A stretch of 64,000 nt of DNA from Methanobacteriota archaeon (GTDB taxonomy: Archaea; Thermoplasmatota; Thermoplasmata; Methanomassiliicoccales; UBA472), in assembly GCA_012729095.1 (NCBI GenBank), contig JAAYDU010000052.1:560-64559 (forward strand), read 5' to 3'. Made by a program: the position numbers and the translations under genes. Each line of letters opens with the position of its first letter. Positions within the stretch are counted from its first letter, which is position 1. Positions 17,475 to 25,653 of the stretch are shown here, in pieces. The notes beneath the pieces were generated by a model, which did not search any database, was not told the DNA's origin, and was given only the letters and a program-made list of their open reading frames with translations.

Positions 17475-20400
17475 ATGATAAAGCAGGTCCAAGGAAGTTA
17501 TAACCCTAGCACGCTGGAAAGTTCGGTACGGACCCATTGGGCGGAGACCGACGCGTATAAAAAGACCAAGGAACTTCGGGCATCCGGTACGGACTTCTAT
17601 TTCGTGGACGGCCCCCCGTACACCACTGGGTACATACACCTGGGGACGGCCATGAACAAGACGATCAAGGATATGATCGTCCGCTTCAAGCGCATGCAGA
17701 AGTTCAACGTGAGCGATACTCCTGGCTACGACATGCACGGGCTTCCCATCGAGGTAAAGGTGGAGAAGTCCATAGGCGTGAAGAACAAGAAGGAGATCGA
17801 GGAGTACGGCATCGACCGCTTCGTCGGCACGTGCAAGAACTTCGCCCTTGACTTCCAGAAACAGATGAACGCCGACTTCCAGGAGCTTGGCGTCTGGTTC
17901 GATTGGGAGAAGCCCTACCTCACCATAAATTCCAGTTATATAGAGGCGGCATGGTGGACCCTCAAGCGGGCCTATGACAAGGGGCTGCTCATAAAGGCGA
18001 GCCGCGTGCTTCCTGGCTGCCCTCGATGCGAGACCGCCCTGGCCGAGGCGGAGATAGATTACTGGGACGAGAAGGACCCCTCCATCTACGTCAAGTTCCG
18101 CCTCAAGGACGATCCCAACGTATCGTTGCTCATATGGACAACCACCCCCTGGACCCTTCCGGCCAACCTGGCGGTGGCGGCCCATCCCGATTTCGAGTAC
18201 GTCAAGGTGCGCTACCGTCGCATAGGGATCACCGACACGGTCATCATCATGAAGGGCCTGGAAGAGGAGATCAAGGACCTCGGCGGCTGGGAGAAGTACG
18301 ACGTGCTGCAGACCATACAGGGCGACGACCTGATCGGCATCGAGTACATCACGCCTTTCATCGATGTCGTTCCCTACCAGAAGGAGGCCGACGGCAAGTG
18401 GTTGCACAAGGTACTGCCGTCAAAGAACGTGGAGGCCTCCAACACCGGGCTGGTGCACATAGCCCCAGGGCATGGCCCCGAGGACTTCGAGCTGGGCAAG
18501 GAGTTCGGCCTGGAGCCGTTCTGCCCGGTGGATGAGACCGGTGTGTACACCCCCCTAGTGGGAAGCAAGTACGTCGGAATGCATATCAAAAAGGCCAACC
18601 CCGAACTGCTCAAGGACCTGGAGGCCAATGACCACCTGTTCTACAGCGGCACCATAGAGCACCGCTTCGGCCACTGCTGGCGTTGCAAATCACCGGTCCT
18701 TTTCCGCACAACCGATCAGTGGTTCCTGCGCGTCACCCAGGTAAAGAACCAGATGCTCGAGGAGATAGAGAAGGTGCGCTGGACCCCGGATTGGGCCGGC
18801 TCGTCCCGCGAGTATGACTGGACAATGAACGCCCGCGACTGGTGCATATCGCGCCAGAGGTATTGGGGCATACCGATACCCGTTTGGACCTGCAAGTGCG
18901 GGGAGATGAGGGTGATCGGCATGTCCGATGAGCTGAAGGGCGCGGAGGGTTACGTGGAGGACATGGAACTGCACCGCCCCTGGATAGACTCCGTGAAGCT
19001 GGTATGTCCAAAGTGCGGCGGCAAGATGAGCCGCGTGCTGGACGTGCTGGACGTGTGGTTCGATTCCGCCGTGGCCTCCTGGGCACAGCTTGGTTTCCCG
19101 AAGAAGCGCGACGATTTCGAGCGGCTGTGGCCCGCCAAGTTCATCGTCGAGGCGCACGATCAGACCAGAGGATGGTTCTACTCTCAATTGGCCGCGGGCG
19201 TGATAGCGTTCGGCCGGGCCCCTTACGAATCAGTGCTCATGCACGGTTGGATGCTGGACGGTCAAGGTCAGCCAATGTCCAAGAGCAAGGGGAACGTTGT
19301 GGAACCGGGGAAGGTGATCAAGGAGCATGGAGCGGACGCCCTGCGATTGTACATGCTGAAAACGTCCGCGCCCTGGGAGGACATACCCTTCCAGATGGAG
19401 GGCGTGAAGAACGCCCGCAAGACACTGAACGTGTTCTGGAACGTGGTGAACTTCGCCACGACCTACATGGTCATAGACAAGTTCGATCCCCACCAGATCA
19501 CCAACGAAACGGTGCGCGCCCACCTTAACCAGGAGGACCTATGGCTCATCTCCCGCACGGAGAAGGTCAAGAACGAGTTCACCCGTCAGGTCAACGCCAT
19601 GGAGCTGCACAAGGCCGCAAGGGTGCTGGAGCAGTACATACTGGACGACCTGTCCAGGTGGTATGTGAGGTTGATCCGCGACCGCATGTGGAGCGAAGAG
19701 GGGGACATGGGGAAGCTGGCGGCCTACCGCACCCTGTACGACGCGATTTTGGACACCGCGCTTCTTCTCGCGCCAATATGCCCGCACCTCACCGAGGAGG
19801 TGTACCAGCACATGGACGGTTCGAAACCGACGGTGCACATGATGGACTGGCCCTCCAGCGACCTCACCAAGGTGGACGAGCGCCTGGAAAAGGCCATGTC
19901 CATGGCCCAGGAGATAGTGGACACCGTGACCCGGGAAAGGCAGCTCAAGAACGTCAAGCTGCGCTGGCCGATGAAGAGGGTGGTGATCAAGGTGGAGAAC
20001 AATGACACCTTGCAGTCGCTAAAGGCCCTCGAGGAGATAATCAGGTCGCAGGCCAACGTCAAACATGTGGAGTACGTAGCCTCCGGCGAGGAGTGGTCGG
20101 AGACCCTGCTCAACGTGGTGCCCAATCCCATGGCCATCGGAAAGGTTTACAGGCAGTGGGCCTCCAAGATCGCCGTGCTGCTGCAGAGCCGACCGGCCCA
20201 CATAATAAAGGAAAGCATGCAGCGCGGTGAGTACTCGCTGGGAATAGAGGGACAGCTGGTGAAGATAGAACCCAACATGGTGTCGTTCACCGTCTCCCTG
20301 CCCAAGGACGTGTACGCGGCCGAGTTCAGCGGGGGAGAGATATACCTGGACTTCGAGGTAACCCGGGAGATAGAGGCCGAGGGTTTCGCCAGGGAGATAA

Positions 20401-21635
20401 TCCGCCGGGTGCAGCAGACCCGCAAGGAGATGAAGCTGGACGTCGAAGAGTTCGTGAAGGTGGAGATACGCGCTGACAGCAAGGTCTCCGAGTACGTGAA
20501 GATGTGGAAGCAGCACATCATGTCAGAGGTCCGTTCTAAGTCCATGGAGCTGGTCATGGAGGCCAGCGGGGACAAGGTCGGCAAATGGGAGATCGAGGGG
20601 GAGAAGGTGGAGATAGGCGTGACCTCCATGAACCTGAGGGACGCCATCAAGGAGCTGACGAAGATACCGGGCATAACAACCAAGGCCGCCGAGGCCCTGG
20701 TGGGAGCGGGAGTTCGCGACGAGACAGGGCTCAAGCAGCTGGGAGAGGATGGCATCGAGGAGATCACCCAGCTTCCCAGGGCGGAGGTGCGCAAGGTCAT
20801 GCACTACTTCGACCGTTCCCCTGACGTCTGCAAGGCAGTACCGGAAGGGACCGGCAAGACCATGGAGATGTCGGAGATGCTTCCCTACCTGCTGCGCATA
20901 CCGCGCATGAACGAGCTGAAGGCGGAGATGCTCTATGATGCTGGATACCGTTCATTGGACGGGCTGCAGGCCGCGGGAAGGGACGATCTGAAGAACGTCC
21001 CCGGGCTCGGCACCAAGACCATCGATGAGATAGTCGATTACATAGAGAAAGGGGGGTTCCGAAATTGCACCTCGTGTCCGAAGTGCGGGAAAAAGGTCGA
21101 CGCCGGGGAACTGAAGTGCCCGGGCTGCGGCACATCCCTGCGGGCCGAGGTTTCTGAGGAGGGGGCGGAAGCGACCGTGGAACAGGGGCTGCAGGATGGA
21201 TACAGCTACCTGATAAAGGACGACCGGTCAGACCGTTCCTACCAGCTGTTCGTGGACCAGTTGAAGAGGGGTAAGCGGGGGTTCTGCATCACCCGCAATT
21301 ACCCGGTGAAGGTACGCGGCAAGTACGAGCTGGGCGACATACCTGTGGTCTGGCTGAGCAATGTGGGCAAGGAGGACAGCTTGCGCCCCAAGGACCTGGA
21401 GAAGCTGAACTACTCCTTGGAACAGTTCCTCGCCGAGGGACAGGGCGTGGTGCTGCTGGACGGGCTGGAGTACCTTATAACCAACAACAATTTCCTGACC
21501 GTGCTGCGCTTCGTTCAGTCGCTCAGGGACCAGGTGGCGATAAACAGCTCCATCATGATGATGGTCCTAAACCCGTCCACCCTGGACGCCAACGAGCTGA
21601 ACCTGCTGGAGAAGGAAGTTGACGGGACGCTATAG
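17475..21635 (+). CDS. ileS: Isoleucyl-tRNA synthetase with a ~330-aa C-terminal HhH / Zn-ribbon / DUF835-like extension
   Basis: PPYTTGYIHLGTAMNK (HIGH-type), KMSKSKGN (KMSKS), editing and anticodon-binding regions. The canonical IleRS part ends near aa 1053; the ORF continues uninterrupted to aa 1386. Confidence 0.93.
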   Translation: MIKQVQGSYNPSTLESSVRTHWAETDAYKKTKELRASGTDFYFVDGPPYTTGYIHLGTAMNKTIKDMIVRFKRMQKFNVSDTPGYDMHGLPIEVKVEKSIGVKNKKEIEEYGIDRFVGTCKNFALDFQKQMNADFQELGVWFDWEKPYLTINSSYIEAAWWTLKRAYDKGLLIKASRVLPGCPRCETALAEAEIDYWDEKDPSIYVKFRLKDDPNVSLLIWTTTPWTLPANLAVAAHPDFEYVKVRYRRIGITDTVIIMKGLEEEIKDLGGWEKYDVLQTIQGDDLIGIEYITPFIDVVPYQKEADGKWLHKVLPSKNVEASNTGLVHIAPGHGPEDFELGKEFGLEPFCPVDETGVYTPLVGSKYVGMHIKKANPELLKDLEANDHLFYSGTIEHRFGHCWRCKSPVLFRTTDQWFLRVTQVKNQMLEEIEKVRWTPDWAGSSREYDWTMNARDWCISRQRYWGIPIPVWTCKCGEMRVIGMSDELKGAEGYVEDMELHRPWIDSVKLVCPKCGGKMSRVLDVLDVWFDSAVASWAQLGFPKKRDDFERLWPAKFIVEAHDQTRGWFYSQLAAGVIAFGRAPYESVLMHGWMLDGQGQPMSKSKGNVVEPGKVIKEHGADALRLYMLKTSAPWEDIPFQMEGVKNARKTLNVFWNVVNFATTYMVIDKFDPHQITNETVRAHLNQEDLWLISRTEKVKNEFTRQVNAMELHKAARVLEQYILDDLSRWYVRLIRDRMWSEEGDMGKLAAYRTLYDAILDTALLLAPICPHLTEEVYQHMDGSKPTVHMMDWPSSDLTKVDERLEKAMSMAQEIVDTVTRERQLKNVKLRWPMKRVVIKVENNDTLQSLKALEEIIRSQANVKHVEYVASGEEWSETLLNVVPNPMAIGKVYRQWASKIAVLLQSRPAHIIKESMQRGEYSLGIEGQLVKIEPNMVSFTVSLPKDVYAAEFSGGEIYLDFEVTREIEAEGFAREIIRRVQQTRKEMKLDVEEFVKVEIRADSKVSEYVKMWKQHIMSEVRSKSMELVMEASGDKVGKWEIEGEKVEIGVTSMNLRDAIKELTKIPGITTKAAEALVGAGVRDETGLKQLGEDGIEEITQLPRAEVRKVMHYFDRSPDVCKAVPEGTGKTMEMSEMLPYLLRIPRMNELKAEMLYDAGYRSLDGLQAAGRDDLKNVPGLGTKTIDEIVDYIEKGGFRNCTSCPKCGKKVDAGELKCPGCGTSLRAEVSEEGAEATVEQGLQDGYSYLIKDDRSDRSYQLFVDQLKRGKRGFCITRNYPVKVRGKYELGDIPVVWLSNVGKEDSLRPKDLEKLNYSLEQFLAEGQGVVLLDGLEYLITNNNFLTVLRFVQSLRDQVAINSSIMMMVLNPSTLDANELNLLEKEVDGTL

Positions 21636-22403
21636 CCCCAGAACGTCAAGCACCTTGCGGAACCCGGGAACGGTGTCGTAGCCTTTCAGATCGGAGACGT
21701 CCACCCAGACGTGTTCCGTGTGCTCCCAGTCCAGTACGACCTCCTCGTCGCCCACCTCGAACAGGAATGGGAATATGCTCCAGACATGGGTGCCATCGCG
21801 TATGTGCAGCGTCTCCCCTCTCCCTTCCAGGCGGGCGGTGGTTATCCCAGTCTCCTCCGCCACCTCCTTCAGGGCGGTCTGCTCGGGTCTTTCCCCGCGC
21901 TCGATGAACCCGCTCACCGCGGCCCATTTTCCCTTGTTGGTACCCACCTTCTGGCTGCGCTTCAGCAACAGCAGCTTTCCCTTGCGACGGAGAACGCAGG
22001 TGACCACTTTCTTCTCCACAAGGTCCATCATGTCCAGCCCGTCACCGACCAAGACGGCCCGATCGCCATCCCTCAGCAACGATATATCAATGGAATCTAT
22101 CATCGGAACCCCGGCCATGACCGCGCCGGTGGCGACGATCGTCTCGGCCTGTGCGTTCACTATCGCTGAGGGCAGGTGACCGTTCTTCTTCAGGTCCATG
22201 AGGGTGTATGAGCCTACGGTGGAACCTTTGCCGTGCGGGAAGACCAGTATGCGCTTCTCGATGCTCTCTCCCTCCCGGCCAGAGGCCACGGTCAGGATAC
22301 CGGTCTTCGGATCGACGCCGCCCAGGAAGCTGAAGGCCTCGTCCAGCACCATGAGTCGTCCGATCGCCCTCCCCTTGAATATCTCTCTTCCTTTTATTTT
22401 CAC
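21630..22403 (-). CDS. Aconitase-X small (swivel, DUF126) subunit fused to a C-terminal Nudix hydrolase domain
   Basis: aa 1-~130 are DUF126-like (LDEAFSFLGGVDPKTG...LVFPHGKGSTVGSY). aa ~131-257 carry a Nudix box GFIERGERPEQTALKEVAEETGI. 4-nt overlap with the upstream large subunit. Confidence 0.75.
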   Translation of the reverse strand: MKIKGREIFKGRAIGRLMVLDEAFSFLGGVDPKTGILTVASGREGESIEKRILVFPHGKGSTVGSYTLMDLKKNGHLPSAIVNAQAETIVATGAVMAGVPMIDSIDISLLRDGDRAVLVGDGLDMMDLVEKKVVTCVLRRKGKLLLLKRSQKVGTNKGKWAAVSGFIERGERPEQTALKEVAEETGITTARLEGRGETLHIRDGTHVWSIFPFLFEVGDEEVVLDWEHTEHVWVDVSDLKGYDTVPGFRKVLDVLGL

Positions 22404-23566
22404 AGTATCATCTCCAGCAGTTCACGCCTGGTACCGCAGTGCACCTTCTGGGAGCACAGCCCGGGAAGGTAGGAACATGCCTTGGCGGAATCGCTGGCCG
22501 TCACCTTGTGCGTTCCCTCGATCGGGGCGACAACCATGCATGTGTCGCACAGCACCTTTCCGAAGCGTTCCAGTACTGCTATCTCTTTGGGGCATCGCAG
22601 CCAAACCCCCTTGGAAGTGCAGAACCACACCTCCACGTCCCCCTTCTTCTCCTTTCCGTCCAGGAACGACGCCAGCTCCTTCATCTCGCTCTCCGAGAGG
22701 TGAGGGCAGCCCATGGCGATTAGGTCCGGTCCCGTGCCGGTGCGAAGGCTCTTGACGGTGGCTTCGATGTCCTGGCGGGATATCTTCACCACGGGAAGAC
22801 CCTCCACCCGATCGGGCTGTTCAGGCGTGACGCCCTCCACCATGAACATGGCGACCGAACCGGAGGCGGCCATGGCCGCCGCTATCGACTTCAGCCCGTT
22901 GGCGTCGTTGCCGAGGCCGCGGAAGAAGGGTATGCAGGCCCCCAGCTTCCTTCCCACCGCGTGCCCGACCAGCGACCACTCGTCCTTGGTTATGCCCTTT
23001 TCCACCTCCACCACGTGGGTGGCCTTCCTGTTCACGTCGAGATGCAGGCCGTAGTTGGGGGTGCGCCCGGTGATGGCGGCCGCCAGCGCCCCCGGGCCCC
23101 CCTCCCGGTTCGTCCTGGCCCCCAGCACCGAGTTGGCGAATGACAGTGCGGACGATTCCGCCCAGGCGATATGGTCCCCGACCTTGGGCCTGTTGGTCAG
23201 CAGGTAGGGGGTGCAGGTGCAGCTGACCTCCACGCCCATTCTTTCGTAAAGGGAGATGATGTGCAGCTGCCTTCGGGCGAAATGCTCGTCCACGCCCATG
23301 TCCCTCCAGCGCTCACCGTCCATGCCCATTGGGTTAAGGGTGGTGGGGACGGACACCTTGCCGTCCTCGGACATCTCCGCGAGAAAATCGATGCCCCCCT
23401 CGCCTATGGTCTTGTAGGAAACGCCGGACAGGTGGGCGGAGGTGATTGGTACGAGGCGGTCCGCCCCGTAAATCGCGCCCAGGGCCACCAGGAGCTCCAT
23501 GGCCTTTCGCTTTGCCTTGCCTTCCTTGCCGTCCAGCATGGCCTGCTCTTCCGGGGTGAGTTGCAT
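22400..23566 (-). CDS. Aconitase-X large (catalytic, DUF521) subunit; putative phosphomevalonate dehydratase of the archaeal mevalonate pathway
   Basis: LTPEEQAMLDGKEGKAKRKAMELLV...ITSAHLSGVSY...CTCTPY...SSALSFANSVLGARTNREG, a DUF521-like pattern. Confidence 0.8.
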   Translation of the reverse strand: MQLTPEEQAMLDGKEGKAKRKAMELLVALGAIYGADRLVPITSAHLSGVSYKTIGEGGIDFLAEMSEDGKVSVPTTLNPMGMDGERWRDMGVDEHFARRQLHIISLYERMGVEVSCTCTPYLLTNRPKVGDHIAWAESSALSFANSVLGARTNREGGPGALAAAITGRTPNYGLHLDVNRKATHVVEVEKGITKDEWSLVGHAVGRKLGACIPFFRGLGNDANGLKSIAAAMAASGSVAMFMVEGVTPEQPDRVEGLPVVKISRQDIEATVKSLRTGTGPDLIAMGCPHLSESEMKELASFLDGKEKKGDVEVWFCTSKGVWLRCPKEIAVLERFGKVLCDTCMVVAPIEGTHKVTASDSAKACSYLPGLCSQKVHCGTRRELLEMIL

Positions 23567-23618
23567 GTCCAGGAGAATGGATGGATAGATAATAAGGTGT
23601 TGGATTTAAGGGATAAGG

Positions 23619-23692
23619 CGGGCCTGTGGGGATTCGAACCCCAGTTCGAAGCTCCGGAGGCTTCAGTGATATCCAAGCTACACTACAGGCCC
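23619..23692 (-). tRNA. tRNA-Arg (anticodon CCG), no intron
   Basis: Hand-folded 74 nt: GGGCCTG/CAGGCCC acceptor, GTGT..TCAC D-arm, GAAGC-CTCCGGA-GCTTC anticodon arm (U33, CCG, G37), TGGGG-TTCGAAT-CCCCA T-arm, discriminator G. CC (not a full CCA) follows in the genome. Confidence 0.9.
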
Positions 23693-23753
23693 GCGGTCAT
23701 TGGGAAACCCATGACCTGTTCTTTACGGTCGTGAAGGGAAGATCGAGATCTGT

Positions 23754-23945
23754 TCACTTCTTCTTGAACTCGGTGTATCCGCACTTGCCGCAGGACGTGC
23801 GGTCCTTGTGCTCGGCCATGAACACTCCGGGGCCGCACTTGGGGCAGCTCTTCTTCAACCGTTCCAGTTTGTCCCCCTTCGCCTGGTAATAGTCCTTCTT
23901 TGCTGACGGGGTCGCTTTCTTTACCTCTTTCTTCTTGGCAGCCAT
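23754..23945 (-). CDS. rps27ae: Ribosomal protein eS31 (S27ae)
   Basis: [27 protein letters not shown] zinc ribbon, Lys-rich N-terminus. Confidence 0.92.
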   Translation of the reverse strand: MAAKKKEVKKATPSAKKDYYQAKGDKLERLKKSCPKCGPGVFMAEHKDRTSCGKCGYTEFKKK

Positions 23946-23955
23946 GGTTCACACC

Positions 23956-24264
23956 TCACTTCTTCTTGCCAACTTTCTTCGGCTCGGCGAGGCCGTTCCT
24001 GGCCTGCAAGTAGTTCTTCTCGAACTTCTTGGCCGACTCCTCGCTGCCGTACACCTTGGCGTACCCAGTGCTGAGGCCTATGCCGAACTCGGTCTCCATG
24101 TGGTCGATGATGATCTTGTCCTTGCTGACCGCCAGGGCCTCCGCGAGCTTTGCCTTGACATCGGCCCTCTTAGGGGAACCCTCTCCGCGGTGTTCGGCCT
24201 TGAAGGTGACCTCGGTACGGTCCATCAGGGCGTTGGGCTTCTTGTTCTCGATCTCGATCTTCAC
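23956..24264 (-). CDS. rps24e: Ribosomal protein eS24
   Basis: (M)KIEIENKKPNALMDRTEVTFKAEH...KVYGSEESAKKFE. Start reassigned to GTG 24264, preceded by GGAGGT and overlapping the upstream stop as GTGA. The 146-aa track ORF extension overlaps the upstream gene. Confidence 0.88.
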   Translation of the reverse strand: MKIEIENKKPNALMDRTEVTFKAEHRGEGSPKRADVKAKLAEALAVSKDKIIIDHMETEFGIGLSTGYAKVYGSEESAKKFEKNYLQARNGLAEPKKVGKKK

Positions 24265-24782
24265 TTCAATACCTCCATTGAGCGTATCAGTCCTTGCGCC
24301 GCCTTGTTGACCTCGGCGTCGGTGCGTACCAGCACCACTCCCTTTCCCGGGAGGCCGTACACGAGGCAGGACCCTGCCGGAGCTATGGCGGCGCACACCA
24401 GCGCGGCCAGGTCCTCCTCCCCTTCCACCCGTACCTTGGTCTTGTCCCGGGAATCAAGACCATCCTTTAAGGCCCTGAACATCCCAGAGGTTATGGATCC
24501 GGGGGGGTTCTCCACTATCGTCTCCGGCACGTTGAGAAGGTCGGCGGGATGTTCCCCCGCCTTCATTTCCCTGCGCTCATTGCGCCGGTCGTAAACGGTC
24601 AAATGGGGGATGACGCCCTTATTTATAAGGGTGCTGGAGACCACGTCCCCCACCGCGATGACCCTGTCACATTCGGACAGCGCTTCAAGGACCTCTTCGC
24701 CCTTGAACAGGCTTCCGAACGGCATGCTCAGTTCGACCCTCATGCTGTCCGGCATGGTCCACCCCTTGGGTGGAACGTCCAT
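24261..24782 (-). CDS. DUF359 family protein, GTP-dependent dephospho-CoA kinase (archaeal)
   Basis: VIAVGDVVSSTLINKGVIPHLTVYDRRNERRE...VEGEEDLAALVCAAIAPAGSCLVYGLPGKGVV, in the conserved spt4-DUF359-S24e-S27ae context. Start taken at ATG 24782, one nt after the spt4 stop. Confidence 0.8.
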   Translation of the reverse strand: MDVPPKGWTMPDSMRVELSMPFGSLFKGEEVLEALSECDRVIAVGDVVSSTLINKGVIPHLTVYDRRNERREMKAGEHPADLLNVPETIVENPPGSITSGMFRALKDGLDSRDKTKVRVEGEEDLAALVCAAIAPAGSCLVYGLPGKGVVLVRTDAEVNKAAQGLIRSMEVLK

Positions 24783-24783
24783 A

Positions 24784-24969
24784 TCAGCGCACCTTGAGGG
24801 CGAACTTCCCGTTCTTGTCAATGTTCATCCTCTTTGCGATCTCGGACTTGGTGTGGTCCACTATGACCACGTAGCCCTGCCAATCCTTGGAGGTCTCCCC
24901 GCCGCATAGCGGACACTTGTCCTCCTCGGTGATAGCGAAGCATGCCTTGCAGGCCTTGGCAACCTTCAT
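24784..24969 (-). CDS. spt4: Transcription elongation factor Spt4 (RpoE'')
   Basis: MKVAKACKACFAITEEDKCPLCGGETSKDWQGYVVIVDHTKSEIAKRMNI...FALKV. ATGA overlap with rpo7. The longer track ORF (to 25266) is an out-of-context extension. Confidence 0.9.
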   Translation of the reverse strand: MKVAKACKACFAITEEDKCPLCGGETSKDWQGYVVIVDHTKSEIAKRMNIDKNGKFALKVR

Positions 24970-25532
24970 TTCTCCTGACCCCCCTTCTTGTCCCTGTCCT
25001 CTGCGAGCCATTCTTTCTTGCCCAGTCCGGGCTGCCTCATGGTCAGGCCGATCTTGCTCTCGCGGGGATTGCGTTCGTTGAAGGAGAGTGTCACTATACG
25101 GGTCCTGACCAGGTCTCCCACCTTGATCTCCCGCTTGGTATCCTTGCCGATGAGGCGCTGATTGGATTCGTCGGCGTCCATGCGGTCGTCCATTACCTGG
25201 GAAACGTGCAAAAGCCCGTCCAACGGTCCGAAGCGCACGAAGGCCCCGAACTTGAGGACCTCGCAAACATGTCCCTCTACCACCTCATTGACCGTCGGGC
25301 GGAACACCAAGGAATCGAAACGGACCGTCTGATAGACAGCACCGTCGCCATGAACTATGCGTCCGTCTCCGACCGGCTCTATGTTCTTGATCAGGACGGT
25401 GAGGGAGTTGTCACCCTCGATATGGCCCTCCAAGGACTCGCGAGCCAACTCATTGACCACCTGGTCAACATCATCGCCCAATCGGTTGGGTGGGATGCGG
25501 ACTACCTTTTCCCTTTGGGTCAACATGTACAT
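24966..25532 (-). CDS. rpoE: DNA-directed RNA polymerase subunit Rpo7 (E')
   Basis: N-terminal Rpb7-like domain plus S1 domain (VEGHVCEVLKFGAFVRFGPLDGLLHVSQVMDD). Confidence 0.92.
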   Translation of the reverse strand: MYMLTQREKVVRIPPNRLGDDVDQVVNELARESLEGHIEGDNSLTVLIKNIEPVGDGRIVHGDGAVYQTVRFDSLVFRPTVNEVVEGHVCEVLKFGAFVRFGPLDGLLHVSQVMDDRMDADESNQRLIGKDTKREIKVGDLVRTRIVTLSFNERNPRESKIGLTMRQPGLGKKEWLAEDRDKKGGQEK

Positions 25533-25570
25533 GAGGAATCCTCTTAACTACCTTGGCATGATAAATCTGT

Positions 25571-25578
25571 TATATAAA
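25571..25578 (-). promoter_or_regulatory. Candidate TATA box (TTTATATA on the minus strand) for the rpo7-spt4-DPCK-S24e-S27ae string
   Basis: Consensus TTTATATA about 40 nt upstream of the rpo7 ATG, in an AT-rich spacer. Confidence 0.45.
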
Positions 25579-25653
25579 GATTGACCATCGAGCATATAAG
25601 CGTTCTTAATGCTGGATTGAAAAAAAAGGAAAGGTTGGGAAAGGGGTTTTCGA

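Noticed and set aside
24970-25266. N-terminal extension of the spt4 ORF (the track gives 24784..25266)
   Set aside because: The extension lies inside the rpo7 coding region in another frame and is Arg/Gly-rich. Spt4 homologs are about 60 aa, and an ATG at 24969 forms an ATGA overlap with the rpo7 stop.
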